DNA from: Chrysomallon squamiferum
Taxonomy: Eukaryota > Animalia > Mollusca
Reading direction: 5' to 3'
Assembly: GCA_012295275.1 (NCBI GenBank)
Contig: CM022675.1
Location: forward strand, 9,982,001 to 10,046,000
Length of the DNA: 64,000 bases
Positions 43,351 to 55,700 of this stretch are shown piece after piece; position 1 is the first letter of the stretch; each line of letters opens with the position of its first letter. Both the position numbers and the translations under genes were made by a program. A model generated the notes under the pieces. It was not told where the DNA came from and made no database searches. It worked only from the letters and a program-made list of their open reading frames with translations.

Positions 43351-44484
43351 CATCCATAGAAAGAAACCCAAATATATATTCAGTCACTCAGTATTTACAT
43401 ATTTAGAAAACTTAATTTATTTCTCAGTAGCTGTCTAATTTATTTATTTATTGAGTACCTATATATCTAACATATATTAGATTTCATTATTTATTTCATT
43501 GTTTGTTTGTTTGTTTGTTTACTCTGTTATTAATTTTGTGCTTAAACTCAAAAATTAAATTTCAACTCATTCTGTAAAGACTTTTACTAATAGCTGATGA
43601 AGACGAAGTTAATCGGGAACTGGTAATTTTTGTTGTTGTTCTTTCTTTTTTTTTTTTTTTTTTTTGCCAAATCCTTTTGCTTTGTTTTAAAATGTACCTG
43701 TGGACATTTCTTTATTATATTTCAAAGTTACTCCTGACGCTCATAACAAACTATGATAATAAAATTAAATTGTAAACAATTTGGATTGGCGCCATTTTAG
43801 ACCCTTTGCAACTAGAGTAGTGACGTCATCGCGTACAGGCGAATCTAATAAATGTATTTTTTTTTAAATACACCTTGTACACGATGACGTCATAACTGCA
43901 GAAACATGGCAGCTGCCAGAAATGTTTAAACTGTACCCTTTTGTTACCCTTCGATATCAATTAAAATTCGACGGTAGAAAGCAAAACATAAATTGAAAGA
44001 ATGCAGACTGTATTTAGACAACTACTTCATATTTTCATAGGTACTTTTTAATAACACGCAAAACCTTGTTTATTGCTATACACAATGTTAATTCTTAAAT
44101 TAATTAATTAACTTATTATTTACAAAACTACTGAAGTTGCTTTTGTTTATACTCTTTAATCAGAAATTTATAATTAATATCAATTATTTACATCGCCTCT
44201 AAACATTTAAAGATTATAATGGGTCTTTTATTACCCAATTTTAAATATATTTCATGCATGATTGATTATTAAACAACGTCTAACAAATTATCAGGTGTGA
44301 GAATATTTTTCTTTTATTCTAATAATAAGAGTGATCTGCTTCTTTCTCTCTGATGATTATTTCTATAGATTAGCAGCAAAGGATAGTTTATTTGCACCTT
44401 CCCATTAACAGCACTACTATTACTTCTTCTACTACTAATACTATTAATATGATGTTACTATTATCATCATAAATATTGAATTAA

Positions 44485-44563
<79 letters not shown>

Positions 44564-45410
44564 TCTTGTTCTGCTTCTTCTTATTTTTATTGTTACCGAT
44601 ATTGTTATTGTTAGTTTATATCATTATATTGTTGTTACTGTTTTTGTTTGTGTGTTTTTTTGTTACTGTTAATCATTATTGTTTTGCTTTTTTTTTTACG
44701 TTATTGCTGTTACATTATAACGACTATTATTATTATTGTTGTTGTTGTTGTTGCTGTATCTATTGTTGTTGTAGTGGTAGCTATAACTGCAAATATTACC
44801 GTTATTGCTATTATTTATTTATTTATTTATTTGTTTATTTATTTATTGTCATAATCTTTTGTTTTCGTTCTTTAATTCCATAAGTTTGGCTTATTCTTAA
44901 TAGGCATTTATACAGTTAAAATAATTCAGAATCTAAAACCCAAAATTATGAATGGTCTCACATAAAATAAAATAAAATAAAATAAATAGATAAATACATA
45001 CATACATACATACATACATACATACATACATTAATAAAGCAAGAAAAAAAGAAAGTACGAAAGAAATAAAAACATTAGATAAATACATACAAAGACAAAC
45101 AAACAGATAAATATATAAACAAAAACAGACGAATTGGATGGATACATACACAGTTAAATAAATAAAACCAAAAATATTTGTTACGTTCTAGATTCAGTCA
45201 TTTTGTAAATTTGAATTGCTCCAATCAAAGTCAAGCTGGATGTAAAACCAAATACTATGACATCTAGAATTTTCATATTAATATTTGTCTTCTTTTTTCT
45301 TCTTTTTTTTCTTCAGCATATTGTTGTAGAAGTTATTTCCAGAGCAAGAACATTTATAATGGCTGCCCTCCTAGTATTTATTACTAGGGCAGAGGTAAAT
45401 GATTTACTAC

Positions 45411-45504
<94 letters not shown>

Positions 45505-45610
45505 ACGACACAGCAACACATTCACATACAAATTATTGATGTCAGGATTCATGGCCCAAATAATATGTAATAAAGATGATAAAACGTCGATAATTATGAT
45601 GATGATGATG

Positions 45611-45641
<31 letters not shown>

Positions 45642-45731
45642 TGATGAAGCTAATGATAATGATGATAAATAATATATATTCCTTTCTTTTTACAGTGCAT
45701 GGATATATTCTACCTGGCTTTAATTGGCTGA
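42156..45731 (+). CDS. Uncharacterised small signal-peptide, Asp/Glu-rich protein (tandem paralog 1)
   Basis: Six phase-consistent GT-AG exons: 42156-42166, 42443-42609, 43063-43173, 43594-43622, 45317-45394 and 45696-45731. MFFSIYLIILISLAVSRG-HPLDKGTYELLPVDSKRVEKLRDEAL..QDEDEDEEDDEDDDDE..DWPVVPD..HIVVEVISRARTFIMAALLVFITRAECMDIFYLALIG*. Exon-for-exon homology to paralog 2. Confidence 0.8.
44369..44412. mobile_element. Fragment of an interspersed (SINE-like) repeat; second degenerate copy near 17473-17516
   Basis: ATTAGCAGCAAAGGATAGTTTATTTGCACCTTCCCATTAACAG compared with GTTAGCAAAATGAGATCTTTTATATAGCACCTTCCCATAAACAG. Confidence 0.5.
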
Positions 45732-46519
45732 ATAAAATGAAATAGAAGAAATAAAATTTGTGAAAAACCAGTGACCAAACTTGGCAGTATCAGTCATATT
45801 TGATAGAATTTCATTATTTAAAAAATTGTTTTAAAAAAGGACAACAACTCAATTATATTTTCTGTCTTAATTTAAAATATTTTAAAATAAAATAATAACT
45901 TAAAAACTGCCTTGATGTAAATTTCTCTTTCAACTTTTTGGATTTTAGAATACTAATGACAGAGTAAATCTTAACTTTATATAACAACAACAACAACAAC
46001 AGCAGCAGCAGCAGCAACAGCAACAGAAACAGCAACAACAATATACTGTCCAATTAATAAAGAACTATAACAACAAAAGACTACTGTTCAAAAATATCTG
46101 AGCGACGCCATTTTATTCACTGTGGTAAAGTTGTCAGAAAAACTCTATTATCGATCCGCAGTTTACTCGAAAAATCCAGACGTGAAGTGGTAAAATGGCG
46201 GCGTAGTTTTTTTTTTTTTTTTTTTTGTTTTCCTCCCCTTCCCGGAAGTATCATTTTATGATCATACTTTTTCACTAACAATGGCATGCCAGTAAAAAAC
46301 AAGATGGATGCATCAACAATTATTTTAGACTATTCATTAGTACCGACAAAAGTGCATATTTAATAATCATGTGTAAATAAATAAACAAGAAAAATAAACA
46401 AACGAACAAACGAACAAAATAATAGTAAAAAAGAACAACAACAAAAATAGTAGTAGTAGTAGTAGATAAATTTAAAAAAAGTTGTAAGTAAAGAACCTAA
46501 ACAATAATTAATTATAACT

Positions 46520-46596
<77 letters not shown>

Positions 46597-46851
46597 TGTT
46601 GTTGTCGCTGTTATTTATTTATTTATTTATTTATTAATTAACTACATAAAATATATTTCTGTGAATGACGTCATCAGAAACGCACGTAACGTCATGCTAT
46701 TGTGATAGTACGTCACTAAGGTCATGGTCACAAAGTATACCAATATGCGTTGTTAAGGCCGCACTTACTTCTTCACAAAAAGATAATAATTCTCAATCAA
46801 ATCGACTCCATTTTGAGAAGATACACGATTTCTGAACATACTTTCATTCCA

Positions 46852-46875
46852 ATGCATTTCTGGTTAGTAGTTATT

Positions 46876-46908
<33 letters not shown>

Positions 46909-47063
46909 TCTCTCTCTCTGTGTCAGATACTAACCCTACTGTTATCATCATCATCGTCATCATCATAATCAGTATTATCATTATTATCGCTATGACTATC
47001 ATCATCATCATCATCATCATCACTACCATCATTATCATCATCATTTTTTATTATTTATTTATT

Positions 47064-47096
<33 letters not shown>

Positions 47097-47337
47097 TTCA
47101 GCACACATTTGATTGTATTTATCACTCTGGCCGTGTCGTATGGGGACCCCATTGAAGGAGGAGGGACTCACAATCTTCTACCTGTGAACGCAAAACGCGT
47201 GGTCAGACTGAGGGAAGAGGCGCTGATTGACAAGGCAGCCATAGCAGCGCACGAGAACCCGCAGTCTCCCCCAGCTGGTGTGTCAGTCTACGGTGTGTGC
47301 GTGCGTGTGTGCGTGCGAGCGTGCGTGCATATGTGAG

Positions 47338-47372
<35 letters not shown>

Positions 47373-47421
47373 GAGTGTATGTGTATTTTGTGTTTGTGTG
47401 TACGTATGTCAGTTTGTAATG

Positions 47422-47519
<98 letters not shown>

Positions 47520-48940
47520 AATATATATATGTGTGTGTATGTATGTATGTATGATGGATGTACGTGTGCGTGCGTCTGTATGTATATTTGTGTGTATGTT
47601 TGTCAGTACGTCTGTGCATGGGTATTTTCATGTGTTTGTCTTCGGGACTACGTTTGTGCGGGTGTATTTGATTTTAGTCATTTTTTGCATGCGTTTGTTT
47701 GCATCTGCAAATCTGTCGTTTGCAAGTACGTGTATAGGAATGAATTTTGTTTTATGTGTGTGTGCTTAAGTACTGTCTGTATTTTTTTTTTTATATCTAT
47801 GCATTACATTTATTTTGTTTTGTTCATTTAAGCATTTGCTTTTCAAAGTTTGTTTTTTCTTTGGTATAATCATTTTTTAAATACTAGAAGCAATACAAAT
47901 AATGATAATGATGATGGTAATAATAATATTCACAAAACCAACAGCAGAAATAATAATAACAAGAACTCTAACGATGACGACGATGACAACAACAACAACA
48001 ACAATACTACTAATAATTATAATAATGAAAACAATAATGACAATAACACCAACAGCAGTAACAACAACAATATTAACAACAAAACAACAACAACAACAAC
48101 AACAATAACAATAACAATAATAATAATAATAATCATCATCATCATTATAATAATAATAGGAACAACAACAACAACAACAGTATTAATATAATCTAAGTTA
48201 CGTCATTTTAATTAAATTCGTTCACCAATTCACTGAATTATTTCTTGGTGTTAAGAACAGTTTTTTTATTCTGCAGGTTTGGAAGGTGAACTCGATGCTG
48301 AGAATGAACCTGATAAGAGTGATGTCTTTGACAGCGATAATCCAAACGACTGGCCGCCAGTTCCACCATCATCATGTGAGGACTACTTTTTTCTTTTTCT
48401 TCTTCTCAATCTCTTCTTTAGCTGTCTTTGTCTATGTATGTATGTGCGCAAGTGTGTATTCGTGTATGTATCTGTATATATATATATGCATGTACGTACG
48501 TATTTATATATTCTTTAATTAGGTCTCGTTCATAGTACACACATTAGTTTATTTCTGAAGTCGTTATTCATTCATTAATTCGTTTTCCAAAATTTATGAA
48601 TATATTTGATGCTGTTTATTTATCTGCTATTTACAAGCACTAATGTGTATTTTTTATTTACTGTATTTGTTAATTATTAAAATTATTTACGTATCTGTTT
48701 ACTAGCATTTACTTCTTATATTTGTTTAAAACATCTGTATTTGTATCTAATGCTGTTTGTTTGTTTATTTATTTAGTGAAATGTACTTAACAATTTTGTG
48801 TTTAAATTTGTGCGTATATTTCTACTCAATCTGTAAAGATTTTTTTTTTCTAACAGCTGAGGGAGACGGACGTACCCGTAAGCTAGTAAGTTTGTTTACA
48901 TAATTATTATTTTTATTACTATTATTATTATTATTATTAC

Positions 48941-49030
<90 letters not shown>

Positions 49031-49120
49031 TACTACTACTTCTATTATTATTATTATTATTACTATTATTATTATTACTATTATTATTATTATTATTATT
49101 ATTACTATTATTATTATTAC

Positions 49121-49159
<39 letters not shown>

Positions 49160-49266
49160 TACTACTACTTCTATTATTATTATTATTATTACTACTACTT
49201 CTATTATTATTATTATTATGACTATTATTATATTACTATTATTATTATTATTATTATCATTATTAC

Positions 49267-49303
<37 letters not shown>

Positions 49304-49320
49304 ACTATTATTATTAATAC

Positions 49321-49365
<45 letters not shown>

Positions 49366-49763
49366 GATTATTATTATTATTATGATTATGATTATTATTA
49401 TTATTATTCTTATTCCACCAAAAACAACGCTGGATCTAAAACCAAAAATTACTATGTATAGATTTTTCTTATTAATTTTTCTTTTTGTTTCAGGATATTC
49501 TTATAGTTGTTGTTTCCATATCAGGAGCTACTATGTTGGCTATCATCCTCCTTTTCATTTTCAGAGCAGAGGTAAGTAATTTAATTAAACTAATTATAAT
49601 ATTAATTAGAGCTTATTTGTACAGTGCATACAGTATAGAGGGAGACATAGACATTATATCCTTAGTCCTGTAATGATTATGATGATGATGTTGATGATAA
49701 TAATGATAAATAATAAAAATAATGAAAATATAATAATAATTAAAAACAATAATACATAATAAA

Positions 49764-49795
<32 letters not shown>

Positions 49796-50085
49796 TATAA
49801 TAATTAAAAACAATAATACATAATAACAACAAATAATAACAATATTAAAAACGGTAATAGAAATAATAATAGTAATAATAATAAATAATAATGATGATTA
49901 TAATAATAATAAATAATAATAGTAATGATGATGATGATTATGATGATGTTGATAATAATAATAATAATAATATTGGTAATATTAAATAATAATAATAATG
50001 ATGATTACAATGATGATGATGATAATTAAGTATTTCTTTCTTTTTACAGTGCATGAATATATACTGTATGGCTTTAATGGGCTGA
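46852..50085 (+). CDS. Uncharacterised small type I membrane protein with acidic ectodomain (tandem paralog 2)
   Basis: Exons 46852-46862, 47102-47277, 48277-48375, 48857-48885, 49494-49571 and 50050-50085. MHFCTHLIVFITLAVSYG-DPIEGGGTHNLLPVNAKRVVRLREEAL..DWPPVP..DILIVVVSISGATMLAIILLFIFRAECMNIYCMALMG*. The 11-, 29-, 78- and 36-bp exon sizes are the same as in paralog 1. Confidence 0.82.
48900..49410. repeat. (TAT/TAC)n trinucleotide array (one of many microsatellites)
   Basis: About 500 bp seen directly. Other arrays include (AG)n 4333-4489, (CT)n 21118-21220 and (AAT/AGT)n 57520-58230. Confidence 0.95.
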
Positions 50086-52721
50086 ATAAAATTAAAATGA
50101 AGAAATAAATTTCCATGAAAATCAGTGACCTTTGTTTGCCATTTCACTCCTGTTTGATTTTATTTATTAAACAAAAATTAGAAAGAAAAATAATTTACAT
50201 ATAAAATTGTATTTAAAATATTTTCTTAAAATGGTCTTTACGTACATTTTATTTTATACTTTCAAATTTTAAAAATAGCCTAATGATAAAATATTTTTAA
50301 AATGTAAACTTTATATTTTTTATTTACAATTTATTTTTTATGTTATGTCATTTATTTATTAATTTATTAATTTATTAATTTATTTTTTAAAAAACAAAAC
50401 TAAAACGAACTTTTTTTTTACAAATAATTTAAGAAAATAAAAATGAAAATAAAAACTGAAAAACTTAAAAATTAGAAAAAATGCAGATTAGATTCAGAAC
50501 AAAATCTTGAAAAATTCAATCATAAATCTGGTAAATTAAAAAAGAAATATAATTACTATTGTCATTTTATTGCCTACAGTCTATATGTTTTTACCTTTTA
50601 TTTATATATATTTTGTTTTATACATTTTACAGTAATTTTATAAATCTTTATATCATTTTTAAGTACTCAACAGTTATTTTTGATATGCTTATAAAATGGA
50701 ATTTTTTGTACATACACTTTTTTTGTTTGTCTGTATGGATGTCTATATATCATTATATGTATATGAAAATGTATAACTTTTCTTGAATATTGTTGCATAA
50801 AAAAAGAAAGAGATAAAATAAAGCTGTTATTTACACTAATTTAATTGTTTTAGTGTCAAATTAATTTCAACACTTCATCTAAAAATGTCAAATAATAAAT
50901 ATATCACTTTCAAGACAGTCTAAAGAAAACTTCGGGTTGGAACAGGAAAAACAATGCTGAGTACTCTATGAAGGATTGATAGTAGTAATAACAGCAGCAG
51001 CAGTAGTAGTAGTAATAGTGGACATTAAAAATAAAATTATAACAAAAAACTTTATTGTTAGGAAAGGTTGATGTCAAATAACAAAATGGAACAAACTGTT
51101 TCACTTTGTCACAGAAACTGCAGTGTACAGAGATGACTGCAGACAAAAACAATTCAATGAAGACAGAAAAGAAAATATTACTTTATTTCTTAGAAAAGGC
51201 TGGGTTATCAATTACAAAATAAAACAGAATAAACAAATGATTTTATAGCAGAAACCAAATTTTACTAATATTTTATAGCTTAATACATGAAAACAGTGAA
51301 AACGATACTTATTTGCTATTAGTTAAAAACAAAACTGAAAAATAATTATATATGTTTTTTTATATTTTATACATGAATGATAAGAAAAAAAAATCGATTC
51401 AGGAGGAAACAAAACAGTATTACTTTATTATTGGTAAAGATTGGACGCCAAAATATAATTAAAACACTTGTTTAAATCATAAAAAATTAGGATATTAGGA
51501 TTTTTTTTTTTTTTTATATTTATAGATGAACACAAAATCCAAATAAATAAGAGAAAATGAAAGGAACATTAAACTGACATGTAAATAAATTATTGATATT
51601 TCTATCAGCATTTATATATACATATATATACATATATACATATATTCACATACACAATTTTTATTATAGTAATGGTGATACATTCATACAATTAAAATGA
51701 TAATTACAATGATTTTTATTAATTTAACAATATAATATTGATTTTAATTCTTAATTTTTGACAGAAATTATAATTATTGTGCATACCATGTGTGGTTAAA
51801 ATGAAAAAAATTCTTGAACAATTATCGTCAATTCACTTCAAGAATTGGCACCAATCAGTTTGAATTATTTTTGCTGAAATGAGAATTCTTACTAAAAAAA
51901 TATTATCATTTTAAATCTGGATTTAGCACAATCCAGATATAAAGATTATAACAATTAATTATCAGTTAAAAATGTGATAAAAAATTAAATTTTCAATAAA
52001 CGTAACGTATACTGTATGGTTTAAATAAAAAGAAGTGAAGATTTTATTAAATACTGCAATCCTTCCTTCTAAAACTTATAAAAATTATAACTGAACTGAT
52101 GCATAAATATCAAAAGAAACATGCATTTTAAAATTTACAAAGAAAATGAAAACGAAAAGATTCCGAACAATTTTACTACTTTTGTCTTTTGTACTGCTAG
52201 ATACAATAATGATGCCAAAAAAAATAAAAATAAAAAAAATAAAAATAATAAAAAAAAGGACAGGTTTATTCTCATGCAAAGCTATTTTTAGACTGTTTTA
52301 TTTTGAACAAGGCACGCAAAGAAAATATTTTTTAAAACACAAATGAGTATTCATTCTTTTGACTCGTAATGAAATTGCAAGTTCCTGGTGTAATCAAAGG
52401 CATCAGAAGTAGCTAGTAGTAGCAATCTAAAATAAGACGTAGTCACAACTAAACAGAGGTAGTCAAAATCAATTAGAAACGATTAGAGATCTAAAATAAC
52501 CAAAACTAACAAAAATAATAATAACAGAAGTAGTCAAAAGTAACTTTAAATAGTCAGAGGTAATCAGAAGTAGTCCAATGATATCGTAAGTAGTCAACAT
52601 TAATCAGGAGCAGCCTAATGCAGTTACAGTAGTCAGAACAAGCATGATAATAAAGTTTTTAAAAAAATCGACGAAGCACTTTTGATAAATGAAAAGAAAT
52701 ATTTCGTAAAGTGTGGAAGTG

Positions 52722-55700
52722 TCAGGCAGATCTGTCCATTGAAATCTTTCTGTAGAACAACACGTACGGAGATCCTAGTAGGCTGCCATGTTTTCCTGTC
52801 AGGAAATTGTGAAATTCTTCGTCCGAATGAACACGAATGCACTCATCATCGCATTCCAACCACTCCACGTGAGGGGGACTGTCTGAGGAGTTCTCCTCGC
52901 ACGGATTGTCTCCCCTGTCTGCAGAGTTGTCTCCCATTGCAAAAGAATTATCTCCTCCTTGAAATGTTTTTTCTGAGGCACTCTCTCCTGAAATAGAATT
53001 ACTGCTGTTACTAGTGCTTGCAACAGAGTTGTGTCCTCCTGTAACAGAGTTATCTTCTCCTTTGGGTGAGAGATGAACTTTTCAGAGTGTGAGAGTTTTT
53101 TCTTTGAGTCACTTTGTGACTGTCTGAATGAATCAGAAGAGTGACTGGTCTTTGAAGTAGTGACTTTAACATAGGACAGATAATGACCCAAAGAAATCGT
53201 CATGCCAGCATGAGTCACAATGCCATATAAATTGTATCTGAAATTTCAAATTGAAATAAGCTGTACAAGTGAAGAGTAAATAATTCGAAATACTTTTACA
53301 TCATGTTATTCACAAATAAGTAAATTCAGTAAAAATAAACAATAAAAATGTATATTTGGTTTTATGAATAGATGTTGTTTATAATACTTTTGAATGCTTT
53401 CAATTTAACATTTCACAATTTCAAAATAATAAATAATAAAAAAGAAATAAAATAAAATAAACCTATGAAGAAACATCTGAATGTTAATTAAGCAAAATTA
53501 ATTCCTTGAAGTTTTTGTTGTTATATTTTGTTGAACATATAAGTTTTATTTCATAGTGTATATATTATTTTTAAAAGTTAGTATACTCTTTACTATTTAA
53601 TCAGAACTTTCATGAAAACCATATTCCTAATCACTGTACCTTAATTTATTTAAAATTAAACTGACATTTTCTGGAAACATTTTTAAAATTAATGTTACAA
53701 GGATTCATCATTAAAATAAAGAAAATTAAACTGATGTTTTCTGGTAACATTTTCTTAACTAATATTATAAGGATTATCATAGAAAAATAAAGAAAATTAA
53801 ACTGACTTTTTCGGGTAATATTTTGTTATCTAGTACTATAAGGATTATCAAATTAAGAATGTATATTTTAACTAATACCTATGATCAGTGCGAAAACATG
53901 GTTTTTGACATTTGTATCGGAGACAAGGAAGAGACAGAGGTATAGTCACATGATCATTGATTTTTGAAACACTGTGACTGCCAAACATTCTGAAGAGAAA
54001 AGAGAAAGAAATAAAACAAAACAAACATTGTAAGATGTTCAAAAATGCAAACATACATGTACGTGTGTTTGTTTGTGTTTATGCATGTGTGTGTGTGTGT
54101 CTGTGTATGTTTTATAAATTTTAATATGCAGATACCAAAGAATATTGAATTAATTTATATTTTACATAAAACTATCAATATAACAGTGGTTAACCAGAAT
54201 GTATGTATCTTTGTATTTTACACAACTATCTTGAATGAAAATATCTATAAAATCCTTAAAAATATATTCATATAGGAAAAATTAAGTATTACATTGGTGT
54301 TTAGGTCTGATATTTCTTAAAACATGTTTAAAATTAGTCCTTCCAAAAATCAACATGTCTTATACATGTGTCAGTAGCAGACTATCATTTATGTATATTA
54401 TTTGAAACTGGGTTTTAGTGGCAACAATTAAAATGGTCATAATACTGATAACAGTAATAATCACAGTATAATAATAACAATAATAATAATAATAATAACA
54501 ATAACAATAACAACAATAACAATGATAATAACAACAATAACAATAATAATGAAAAATAAAAAATTATAAATACATTTAAAAATCTAATGTGTCAGAAAAC
54601 CCAATTTATTTATTTATTCATTTAAATTATCGGCTAAAATTTCATCTACCACTGAGTCAACAAAAACAAAGACTGATGTAGAAATGACTAAAAACTCTTT
54701 CTTACCCAGTGGACGTGGAGAATCGCTTGAGATGCAGGGTGAGAATGTTGGGGAGGATGTCGTAGTGCAGGGAGCGTTCGGCTTCCACGTATCGCAGGCA
54801 GTGATCACAGTAATACTTGTTGTCGTCTCGCAGCCTCTCAACCTCGGTGAATGCAGACATCAGCTTGGACAGGCACGACTCATCACAGTCTGTACAGAAA
54901 ATAGAGTTTAAATTACACACACACACAGAGACATGTATGTTTAGACAGGCACGACTCATCACAATCTGTACAGAAAATAGAGTTTAAATTACACACACAC
55001 AGACACATATATGTTTAGACAGGCACGACTCATCACAGTCTGTAGAGAAAATAGAGTTTAAATTACACACACACACAGAGACATGTAGATACAAGCACAT
55101 ATATTCATAGATATATTATTAGACAGGCATGACTCATCAGTTTCTGTATAGAAAATAGAGTTTAAATTACACACACACACAGAGATATGTAAACATGTAG
55201 ATAGATATATCAAAAAATATCTTTATTTCAGAGTAGTTTTCAATACGTTTTTCATCAAAAATTAACTTCATTTTAAAGAGTTTTCAATTTCTTGTTAATT
55301 TCAATTTAGTATAAAAGTTTACAATATCTTTTTTCCTCTGAACTTATTCAAACTTCTTTTTCACCCAAAATTATCTTCATTTTAATACAGTATTATCAAT
55401 ATCTCTTACATCTAAAAATTATCTTCATTTTAATGTAGTTTTATTGCTATCTCTTACAACTTAAAACAATCTTTACTTTTCCTATGATCTGTTTTTAAAC
55501 CTCAGCTCATCTAGAATTTATTACAAAAATTATTAAAACTGATATTAAAAAAAAATAAAATCAAAACCTGAGCTGTCGGAAGAATCTTCGTCATCTTTCT
55601 CCGCCCTCAGAGGAACACTGACGTCCTGAAACACTTCGGTCTTCTCGCGAGAAAGTTCGCACTCCAGACACCTCGTCCTCAACATCATCGTTCCCTGAAA

